From the human T2T-CHM13v2.0 reference genome, Homo sapiens: 64,000 bases of DNA. Location: NCBI RefSeq assembly GCF_009914755.1, contig NC_060946.1. One strand, given 5' to 3'. Both the position numbers and the translations under genes were made by a program. Positions 27,441 to 39,529 of this stretch are shown here, piece after piece. The stretch's first letter is position 1; each line of letters opens with the position of its first letter. The notes beneath the pieces were generated by a model that did no database searches, had not been told where the DNA came from, and saw nothing but the letters and a program-made list of their open reading frames with translations.

Positions 27441-30400
27441 ATTAAACGGAATGGAATGGACTCGAATGGAATGAAAACTAATGGAATGGAATGGACTCGA
27501 ATGGAATGGAATGGAATGAAATGGAATGGAATGGAATAGAATGGCCTCGAATGCAATGCAGTGTAATGGACTTGAATGGAATGGAATAGACTCGAATGGA
27601 ATTGAATGGAATGGAATCGACTCAAGTGGAATGGAATGGAATGGAGTAAACTAGAACGGAATGGAATGGAATGGAACGGAAAGGATTGGTATGGAATGAA
27701 ATTGACTTGAATGGAAAGGAATGGAATGGAATGGAATGGAATGGAATGAAATAGACTCGAAAGGAATGGAATGGAATGAAATGGAATGGAACTGAATGGA
27801 TTGGTATGGAATGGAAGGGACTTGAATGGAATAGAATTAAATGGAAGGGTCTCTAAAGGAAAGGAATTGAATGTACCAGAATGTAATGGATTGGAATGCA
27901 ATGGAACAGAATGGAATGGAATGGAATGGAATGGAATGGAATGGAATGGAATGGAATGGTATGGTATGGAATGGAATGCACTTGAAGGGAATGGAATGGA
28001 ATGGACTCTAATGGAATGCCCTTGAATTGAATGCACTGGAATGGAATTTAATGGAAAGGAAGGGACTCAAAAGGAATGGAATGTAATCCAATGGAATGGA
28101 ATGGAAAGGAATGTAATGGAATGGAATGGAATTGACTCAAGTGGATGCAGTAGAATGGAGTGGACTGGAAAAAAATCGATTATAGTGGAATGGACCCAAA
28201 TGAAATGGAACAGAATGTATCCAAATGGAATGGAATGTATTAGAAAGGGCTCGAATGGAATGGAATGGAATGGAATGGAATGGAATGCACTCGAATCGAA
28301 TAGAAGGGAATGGAAATGAATCAAATGGAAGGGAATTGAAAGGAACGGACTCGAAAGCAATGGAATGGAATCGAAAAGACTAAAGGAGAATGGAATGGAA
28401 AGTAATGGCCTGGAATGAAATTCAATGCAATGGAGTGTATTAGTATGGAATGGAATGGAATGGACCTGAATGGAATGCTTTGGAATGCAGTGGGATGGAT
28501 TAGACGAGAATGGAAAGGAACGGGATGGAATGGAATGGAGAAGAAAAGAATGGAATGGAATCTAATGGAATGCAATTGAATGCAATGGACTCAACCGGAA
28601 TGTATTGGAATGGACTCGAATGGAATGGAATAAATTCGAATGAAATGGAAAGGAATGGAACAGAATGGAGTGGAATGGAACAGAATGGAGTGGAATGGAA
28701 TGGAATGGAATGGAATGGAATGGAATGGAATAGAACGGAATGGAATGAGATGGAACGGAATGGAAGGGACTTGAATGGAATGGAATGGACTCAAATGGAA
28801 TGGAATGGAATGGAATGGAATGGACTTGAAAGGAATGGAATGGACTCAAATGGAATGGAATGGAATGGAATGGAATGGAATGGACTCGAATGGAATATAA
28901 CGGAATGGAATGAGATGGAACGGAATGGAATGGACTTGAAAGGAATGGAATGGACTCAAATGGAATGGAATGGAATGGAATGAAATGGACAAGAATGTAA
29001 TGGAATGGACTCAAATGGAATTTAATTGAATCGAATGGACTAGAAAGGAATGGAATTGAATGGAACGAAATGGAATGGAATGGAGTCAAATGGAATGGAA
29101 TTGAATGGACACGAATGGAATGGATTGGGATGGAATGCAAAGGACCCGAATGAAATGGATTGGAATGGAATGGAATGGACTCGAATAGAATGGAATGGAA
29201 TGGACTTGAATACAATGGAATGGAATGGAGTGGAATCGAATGGAATGGAATAGAATGGAATGGAATGGACTAGAATGGAATGAAAGGGATTGAACACGAA
29301 TGGAATGGAATGGAATGGAATGGAATGGAATGGAATGGAATGGAACGGAATGGAATGGAATGGAACGGAAAGGTATGGAATGGAATGACCTTGAATGGAA
29401 CAGAATGCAATGGGATGGAATGGACACAAAAAGAAAAGGAATTGAATGAAATGGAATGGAATGGAATGATATGGAAATGTATGGAATAGAATGACCTTGA
29501 ATGGAACAGAATGCAATGGAATGGAATGGACCCAAAAAGAAAAGGAATTGAATAAAATGGAAAGGAATGGATTGGAATGCAATGGAATGGAACAGAACGG
29601 TATGGAAGCGAAGGGACTTGAATGGAATAGAATGGAATGGAATGGACTGGAAAAGAAAGGAATTGAATGGACTCGTATGTAGTGGAACACAATGGAATGG
29701 AATGGAATGGAACGGAATGGAATGGTATGGACTTGAATGGAATAGAATGGAATGGAATGGAATGCAATGGACTCGAAAGGAATTTAATGGAATGGACTCG
29801 AATGGAATGTAATGAAATGGAATGGACTCAAATAGAATGTAATGTAATGGACTCGAATGGAAGAGAAAGGAATGGAATTGAACGGAATGGAGCGGAATGG
29901 AATGAACTCGAATGGAGTGGAGTGGAATGGACTCGAGTGGAATTCAATGGAATTGAATGGACTCCAGTGGAATGGAATGTAGTGAAACGAAGTGGAGTCG
30001 AATGTAATGTAATGTAACGTAAAATAATGGAATGAATTGGAATGGAATGAAATGGAATGGGATGGAATGGAATGGAAAGGAACGCAATGGAATGGAATGG
30101 AATGGAATGGAATGGAATGGAATGGAATGACATCGAAAGGAAAGGAATGGACTTCAATGGAATGGAATGCACTCAAATGGATTGGAAAGGAATGGAATGG
30201 AATGAAATCGAATCGAAGAGAATGGAATGCACTCGAATGTAATGCAATAGAATCGAATGGACTAGATAGGGATGGAATGGAATGGAATAGAATGCAATGG
30301 AATGGAATGGATTAAAATGGAATTGAATGGAATGGAAAGGAATGAGACGAAACCGAATTGAATGGAATTCAATGGAATGGAATGGACTCACATGGAATGT

Positions 30401-33400
30401 AATGGAATGGAATGGAATCGAATTAAATCGAATCCAATAGAATGAAATGGACAGGAATTTAATGGAATGGAATCGAAAGAAGTAGACTGGAATGGAATGG
30501 AATGGAATGGAATGGAATGGAATGGAATGGATTGGGCTCAAATGGAATGGACTGGACCAGAATGGAATAGAATGGAATGGACCCGTATGGAATCAATTAT
30601 TATGGAATGGAATGGACTCGAATAGAATGGATTGGAATGGACTCGAATAGAAAGGAATGGAATGGACTCGAATGGAATGGAATTCAATGGCCTCGAATAG
30701 AATGGAATGGAATGGACAGGAATGGAATGAAATGAAATGGAATGGAATGGACACGAATGGAACGGAATTGAATAGAAAGGAATGGAATGGAATGAAGCAG
30801 AACAGAAAGATATGTAATGGAATGGACTTGAGTGGAATAGAATGGAATTAAATGGAATGCACTTGAAAGGAATGGAATTCAATATACCCGAAGGGAGTGG
30901 AATGGAATAGAATAGAGTGGAATGGAAAGGATAGAACAGAATGGTATGTAATGGAATGGACTTGAATGAAATATAAAGGAATTCAATGGAATGGACTCGA
31001 AAGAAATCTTACTGAATGCTCCCGAATGGAATCGAATGGAAAGGAATGGAATGGAATGGAATGGAAAGGAATGGAATGGAATGGAATGGAATGGAATGGA
31101 ATGGAATGGAATGGAACGGAATAGAATGGAATGGAATGGAACAGAATGAAATGGAATGGAATAAAACGGAATATAATGGAATTGAGCGAACTCAAAAGGA
31201 ACAAAATCAAATGGACTCGAACGGAAGAGAATGGAATGGCCTCGAAAGGAATGGAGTGGAATGGAATGGACTCAAATGAAGTGGAGTGGAATGGACTCGA
31301 GTGGAATGGAATGGAATTCAAAGGACTCGAATGGAATGGAATGCACAGGAATGAAGTGGATTTGAATGCAATGGAATGGAATGGAATGGACAAGAAATTA
31401 TTTTAATGGAATGGAATGGAATGGAATGGAATGGAATGGAATGGACTCGAATAGAATGGAATTGAATGGAATGAACTTAAATGTAATGGAATCGTTTGGA
31501 ATGGAATGGACTCGAATGGAATGGAATGGACGCGAATTAATGAAATGGAATGGAATGGAATGGAATGAAATGGAATGGAATGGAACGGAACGGAATGGAA
31601 CGGATATGAATGTAATGGAATGGAATGGACCCAAATATTATAGAATGGAATGGACTCAAATCTAATGGAACAGAATGGAATGGACTCGAATGGAGTTGAA
31701 TGGAAAGGACCCGAATGGAATGCAGTGGAATGGAATGGACTTGAATGGGATGGAAGGGAAAGGAATAGAACGGAATGGACCCAAATGGAATGGAATGAAA
31801 TCGAATGGAATGGGATTATATGGAATGGCTTCAAAGGGAATATAATGGAATGGACTCGAATTGAATGGAATGGACTCGCATGGAATGGAAAGGAATGGAC
31901 CTGACGGGAATGGAATGCAATGGAATGGATGGAACGGAAAGGAAGGGAATGGAATGGAATGGAATGGACTTGAACGGAAAGGAATGAACATGAGTGGAAT
32001 GGATTGGAATTGAATGTAATGGAACGGAATGGAAGGGAATGGAATGGAATGGAATGGAAAGGAATTGTATGGAATGGAATGAGATGGAACGGAATGGAAT
32101 GTAATTGAATGGTATGGAATGGACTCAAATGGAATGGAATGGAATGGACCGGAATGGTATTGAATGGACCCTAAAGGAATGTAATTGAATGGAACGGAAT
32201 GGACTCGAATAAAATGGAATGGAATGGACTTGAGTAGAATGGAATAGAATGGAATGGAATGGAATGGAATGGAATGGAATGGAATGGGAAGGAATGGAAA
32301 CAAATGTACTCGAATAGAATGGAATGGACAGGAATTGAATGGAACGGAATGGACTCGAATGCAAAGAAATGGAATGGAATGGAATGGAATGGAATGTAAT
32401 GCAATGGAATGGAATGGAACAGAATGGAACGGAAACGAATGGACTTGAATGGAATGGAATGGAATAGAATGGATTTGATAGGAACGGAATTGAATGGACC
32501 CAAATGGAAAGGATTGGAATGGAATGGAATTGAATGTATTTGAATGGAAAAGAATGGACTTTAATGGAATGGAATGGAATAGAATGGGTTTGATAGGAAT
32601 GGAATTGAATGGACCCAAATGGAAAGGAATGGAATGGAATGGAATGGATTGTATTGCAGCGTAACGGAATGGTATGAAATAGAATGGACTTGAATGGAAT
32701 AGAATGGAATGGAAAGGAATGGACTCGACAGAAATAGAATTGAATGGACCAGAATGGAATAGAATGGAAGGGAATGGAAAGGAATGGAAAGGAACGAAAT
32801 GGTGTGTACTGGAATGGACTTGAATGAAATAGAATGGAAGGGAATGGAACGGACTCGAAAGGAATGGAATGTAATGGAACCAAATAAAATAGAATGGAAA
32901 GGATTCGAATGGAAAGGAGCGGAATGGAGTGGACTCCAATGGAGTGGAGTGGAGTAGACTTGAGTGGAATGGAATGGAATTGAAAGGACTCGAATATAAT
33001 GTAATGTAATGAAATGACATGGACTTGAATGGAGTGGAATGGAATGGAATGGAATGGAAAAGAAAGTATTGTAATGTAAAGGAATGCAATGGAATGGAAT
33101 GGAAAGGAATGGAATGGAAAGGACAAGAAAGTATTGTAATGTAATGGAATACAATGGAATGGAATGGAAAGGAATGCAATGTAATGGAATGGACAAGTAA
33201 GTATTGTAATGTAATGGAATGCAATGGAATGTAATGGAATAGAATGGTATGGAATGGAATAGTATGGAAAGGAATGGACTCGAATGGAACGGAATTGAAT
33301 GGAATGGACTCGATTGGAATGGATGGATTTGAATGGAATGGATTGGATTGGATTCGAATGGAATGGAATGGAATGGATTGGAGTGGAATGGAATGGAATT

Positions 33401-35749
33401 GAAAGACTTCGAATGGAATGGAATGGAATGGAATGGACTCGAAAGGAATGGAATGGAATGGACTTGAAAAGAATGGAAAGGACGCGAATGGAATGGAATT
33501 GACTCGAGTGGAATGGAAGGGAATGGCATGTACTCGAATTTAATGGAAAGGAATTGAATGGACGCGAATGGAATGGAATTGAATGGAATGGAATGGAATG
33601 GAATGGAATGGACACAGCTGGAATGGAATGGAATGGATTCGAATAGAATGGACAGGAATGGAATATACTCGAAAGGAATGGAACGGAATGGAATGGAATG
33701 GAATGGACACAGATGGAATGGAATAGAATGGATTCGAATAGAATGGAAAGGAATGGAATGGACTCGAATGGAATGGAATGGAATGGAAAGGACTCAAATG
33801 AAATGGAATGGGCAGGAATGGAATGGAATGGAATGAAACCGTATGGAATGGAATGGAATGGTACAGAATGAAACGGAATGGAATGGAATGGAATGGAATG
33901 GAATGGAATGGAATATATTCCAATATAATGGAATGGAATGGAATGGACTCAAATGGAATGGAATGGAAAGGACTCGAATGGAATTGAATGGGCTCAAATG
34001 TTATGGTATGGAATGAACTGGAATGGAATAGAATGGAATGAAACCGAATGGAATGGAATGGAATGGAATGGAATGGAAAGTAATCTAATGGAATGGAAAG
34101 AATTGGAATTCACTTGAACGGAATAGAATGGAATGGACTCGAATGGAATGGAATGGAATAGACTCCAATGGAATGGAATGGACTCGAATGGAATGGAATG
34201 GAATTAAATGCAATGGACTCAAATGGAATGGAATCCAATGCAATGGACTCGAATGGAATGGAATGGAATTTAAAGGAATGGCCTCTAATGTAATGGAATT
34301 CAATGAAATGGAATGGAATGGACTCGAATGGAAAAGAAAGGAATATACTCGAATGGAATGGAATGCAATGGAATGGACTAGAATGGAAAGGTTTGGAACA
34401 GAATGGACTCGAAAGGAATGGAATGAAATGGAAAGGACTCAAATGGAATCGAATGGAATGCACTCGAATGGAATAGAATGGACTCGAACGGAATGGAATG
34501 GAATGGAATGGAATTGACTCCAATGGAATGGAATGGAGTACAGTGGATTCGAATGAAACAGAACGGAATGTACTCGAATGAAATGGAGAGGAATGGAATG
34601 GACTCGAATGGAAAGGAGTGTAATGGAATCAAACGGAATGGAATGGAATTGAATGAAATGGAGTGAAATGGAATGCAACGGAATTGAATTGTCTCGAATG
34701 GAATAGAAGTTAATGAAATGAAATTTAATCAAATGGAGTGGAGTGGAATGTAATGGAATGGAATCGAAAGGAACGGAAAGGAATGGAATTGAATGGAATG
34801 GAATGGAATGGAATCGAATGCAGTGGAATGGAATGGAATGGAATAGATTCGTAATGAATGGAATGAAATGGAGTCGAATGGAAAGGACAGGAATGGAATG
34901 GAATGGAATGGAATATTATGGACTCGAATGGACTGAAATGGAAAGGACTCGAATGGAAAGGAATGAAATGGACTGGAATGGAATGGAATGGAATAGAGTA
35001 GAAAGGAATTGAATGTAATGGACTCGATTGGAACAGAATGAACTCGAATGGAATGGATTGGAAAGAACCGAAATGGAATGCAATAGAATTGTATGGAATC
35101 GAATGGAATGGAATGGACATGATTGGAATGGAATGGAGTGGAATGGAATTGAAAGGAATGGAAAGGAATGGACTCGAATGGAATGGAAAGTAATAGAATG
35201 GGATGGAATGGAAAGGAATGGACTCAAATGGAATGAAAAGATTGAAATGGAGTGGAATGGAATGAAATGACTCCAGTGGAATGCAATGGAATGGAAAGGA
35301 GTGGACTTGAATGGAATGGATAGGAGTGGAATGGACTCGAATGGAATGGCATGGAATTGACACGAATGGAATGGAATGGAATGGCATGGAACTGAAACGA
35401 ATGTAATGGAATGGAATGGAATGGAATGGAATGAACTCGAATAGAATGGAATGGACTCGAATGGAATGGAATGGAATGGAATGGAATGGAATGCAATGCA
35501 GTGGAATGCAAGAGAATGGAACAGAAAGTAATGGAGAGGAATGGAGAGGAATGGAATCAAATGGATTGAAATGTAGTGGAATGGAATTGGAACTACTCCA
35601 GTGGAATGGAATGGAGTGGAATGGACACGAAAGAAATTGAATGGATTGGAATGGACTCGAATGGAATGGCCTGGAATTGACCCGAATGGAATGGAATGGA
35701 ATAGAATGGAATGAAATGGAATGGACTCGAATGGACTCGAATTGAATGG

Positions 35750-37050
35750 AATGGACTGGAATGGAATGGAATAGAATAGAATGGAGTCGAATGGAATGGA
35801 ATTGAATGGAATGGACCCGAATGGAATGCAATGGAATATAACGATATGGAATTCACTCAAGTGGAATCGAATGGAATGGAATCGAATGGAATGGAATGGA
35901 ATGGAATGGACTCGAATAGAATGGAATGGAATCGACCCAAAAGTAATGGAATGGAATGGAATGGAATGGAATGGAATGGAATGGAATGGACTCGAATGGA
36001 ATGGAATGGAAAGGACTCCAACAGAATGGAATGGAATTGAATGGACAAGAATGTAATTGAATGGACTCCAATATAATGTAATAGAAAGGAATGGAATGGA
36101 ATGGACTCGAATGAAATGGAATGTAACGGACTCGAGTGGAATGGATTGGAATAGAATGGAATGGCATGAAATGGAAACGAATGGAATGGAATGGAATGGA
36201 ATGGAGTGAAATGGAATGGGATGGATTGGAAAGGAATGGATTGAAATGTAACGGAATGCAATGATCTCAAAAGCAATGGAATGGAATGAAATGAAATGGA
36301 CTCGAATGGAATGGAATGAATTGGAATGGACAGGAATGGAATTGAATGGACTCGAATGTAATGGAATAGAAAGGAATGGACTCGAATGGAATGGAATTGA
36401 ATGGAATGGACTCGAATGGAATGGAATGGAATGGATTCAAATGGAATATAATGGAATGGAATCGACTCGAGTGGAATGGAACGGAATGGAATGGAGTGGA
36501 ATGGAATGGAATGGAATGGAATGGATTCGAATGGAATGGAATGGAATGGAATGGAATGGAATGGAATGGACTCGAATAGAATGAAATGGAATAGACCCGA
36601 ATGTAATGGAATATAATGGAATGTAATGGGCTCGAATGGATTGGAATGGAATGGAAAGGACTCCAACGGAATGGAATGGAATTCAGTGGACAAGAATACA
36701 ATGGAATGGACTCGAATATAATGGAATAGAATGGAATGGAATGGAATGGACTCGATTGAAATGGAACGTAACGGACTTGAGTGGAAAGGAATGGAATGGA
36801 ATGTAATTGAATAGAATGGAATGGAATGGAATGGACACGAATTGAACGGAATGTAATGGAATGGAATGGAATGGACTGTAATGGAATGACATGGATTGGA
36901 AAGGAATGGAATGGAATATAACGGAATGCAATGAACTCGAAAGCAATGGAAAGGAATGAAATGAAATGGACTCGAACGGAATGGAATGGAATGGAATGGA
37001 CTCAAATCGAATGGACTCAAGTGGAATGCAATGTAATGGACTCAAATCGA
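35750..37050 (+). repeat. Diverged ~650-bp tandem duplication within HSat3
   Basis: ACGGAATGCAATGA(T/A)CTC(A/G)AAAGCAATGG at 36251 and 36921; GACCC(A/G)A(A/T)..GTAAT at ~35934 and ~36594; GGAAAGGACTCCAAC at ~36008 and ~36653. Confidence 0.75.
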
Positions 37051-38939
37051 ACAGGATGGAATGGAAAGGAATGGAATGCAATGAAATGGAAGGGACACGA
37101 ATGTAATGGAATGCAATGTATATAATCGACAGTAATGGAATGGAAGGGAATGGACTTGAATGGACTGGAATGGAATGCAATGGAATGGACTCGAATGAAA
37201 TGGATTGGTGTGGACTCGAATGGAATGGAATGGACTCGAGTGGAATGGAATGGAATGGATTCGAAGGGAATGGAGTTGAATGGATTCTAAGGAAAATGAA
37301 TGGAATAGAATGGAGAAGAGTTGAGCAGAATGTAATGGTATGGAATGGACTATAATGGAATAAAATGTAATGGAATGAAATAGACTTGAATGGAATGGAA
37401 TGGTGTGGAAGTGACTCAAATGGAATGGAATGAAATGGAATGGAATGGAATAGACTCGAATGCTATAGAATTGAATTTAATGGAATGAAAAAGAATGGAA
37501 TGAATGGAATGCAATGGACTCGAAAGGAATGGAATGGAATGAAATGGACTTGCATGGAATGGAATGGAATGGAATCGAAGGTAGTGGAATGAAAACGAAT
37601 GGAATGGAATGGAATCGCCTCCAGTGGAATGTAATGGAATGGAATGGATTCGAATGAAATGGAATGCAGTGGATTGTACTCGAATGGAATGCAATGGAAT
37701 GGAACCGTATGGAATGGAAAGGAATGGAATGGAATGGAATGGAATGGAATGCAATGCAAAGGAATGGAATAGAAAGGATGCGAATGGAATGGACACGAAT
37801 AGACTGCAATGGAATGAACTCGAATGGAATGGAATGGAATGAAATGGATTTGAATGTAAAAGAATAGAATGGAATGGAATGGACTCGAAAGGAATGGAAT
37901 GGACTCGAATGGAATGGAACAGACAAGAATGGAATGGAATGGAATGAAATGGACTCGAATGGAATACAATGGAATTTAATGGAATGAATTCTAATAGAAT
38001 GGAAAGGAATGGACTCGAATGGAATAGAATTGAATGGACTCAAATGGAATGGAACGCAATGGAAAGGACTCGAAAGGAATGGAATGCAATGGACTTGAAT
38101 GGAATGAAATGGAATGGAATGGACTCGAAAGGAATGGAATAGAATGCAATGGAAGGGAGGAAAATGGTATGTAATGGAATAGACTAGAATGGGGTGGAAT
38201 GCAATGGAATGGGCACGAATGGACTGGAATGGAATGGAATGGACTCAATTGGAATGGAATGGAATGGAATGGACTCGAAAGGAATGAAATGGTTTGGAAT
38301 GTAATGGAATTGAATGGAATGGAATGAAACGGAATGGAAAGGAATTGACTGCAGTGGAATGGAATGGAATGGAATGGAATCATAAAGAATAGAATGGAAT
38401 AGAAGGGAGTCGAATGAAGTGGAATGGAATGGACACAAATGGATAGGAATGGTATGGAATGGACTCAAATGGATTGAAATGGAAAGGACTCAAAAGGAAT
38501 GGAATGAAATGGAATGGGGTCGAATGGAATGCAATGGAATAGACTCGAATGGAATTGAATGGAATGGACTTGAAAGAATAGAATGAGCTCTAATGGAATG
38601 GATTGGAAAGGACCCAAATGGAATGGAATGGAATGGAATGGAATGGAATCGAATGGAATCGAATGGAATCGAATGGGATGGAATGCACTTGAATAGAATG
38701 GAATGCAGTGAAATGGAATAGAATGGAATGGAAGGGAATGGACTCGAATGGAATGGAAGGAAATAGAATGGCATGGAAAGGAATGGATTGGAATGGAATG
38801 GAATGGAAAGGAATGGACTCGAATGGAATGGAATGGATTGAAATGGAGTGGAATGGAATGGAAACGACTCGAATGGAATGGAATGGAATGGACTCTAATG
38901 GAATGGAATGGAGCAGATTCGAATTAAATGGAATGGAAT

Positions 38940-39500
38940 CGACTGGAATGCAATGGACTAGAATAGAAAGGAATGGAATGGACTTGAATGGAATGAAATG
39001 GAATGAAATTGACACAAATGGAATGGAATGGAATGGAATGGACTCGAATGGAATGGAATGGAATGGATTCGAATGGAATGGAATGGACACTAATGGAAAG
39101 GAATGGAATGGACTCGAATGGAATACAACTGAATTTAATGGAATGGTCTCTAAAGGAATGTAATGGAATGGACTCGAATGGAATAAAATGGAATAGACTT
39201 GAATGGATTTTAATGGAATGGAATGGTGTGGAATGGAAAGGAATGGAGTGGACTCTAACAGAATGCAATGCTATTGAATGGTATCGACAGCAATGGCATG
39301 GAATGCAATGGAATGGACTCGAATGTAATGGGATGGAATGGACTATAATAGAATGGAATGGAATTAAATGGTCTCAATAGAAATGGAATCAAAAGCAACG
39401 GAATGGATTCGAATTCAATGGAATGGAATTGACTCGAATGGAATTGAATTGAATGGACTCGAATGAAAGAAAATGGAATGGACTCGACTGGAATGGAGTG
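38940..39500 (+). repeat. Third copy (~560 bp) of the 26840-27395 HSat3 module, truncated at the domain junction
   Basis: GAAATTGACACAAAT, GGACACTAA, GGAATACAACTGAATTTAATGGAATGGTCTCTAAAGGAATGTAAT (39120 vs 27019), GGGATGGAATGGACTATAAT and GGACTCGACTGGAATGGAG occur in identical order. Confidence 0.85.
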
Positions 39501-39529
39501 GAATGGAATGGAAAGGAATGGAATGGAAT

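Larger units (their letters stand above)
3968..39510 (+). repeat. Human Satellite 3 (HSat3 / satellite III) array, (GGAAT)n with interspersed GGACTCGAAT decamers
   Basis: Continuous GGAAT pentamers, with GGACT-CGAAT and its variants (GGACTCAAAT, GGACTTGAAT, GGACACGAAT, GGACCCGAAT) every few pentamers. The purine-rich strand is on + throughout. Confidence 0.96.

Noticed and set aside
23981-39140. Regular ~3.03-kb higher-order repeat suggested by offsets 3038 and 12101 (about 4 x 3025)
   Set aside because: The expected intermediate copies near 30.05, 33.08 and 36.1 kb are not visible, so I treated the arithmetic as coincidence.
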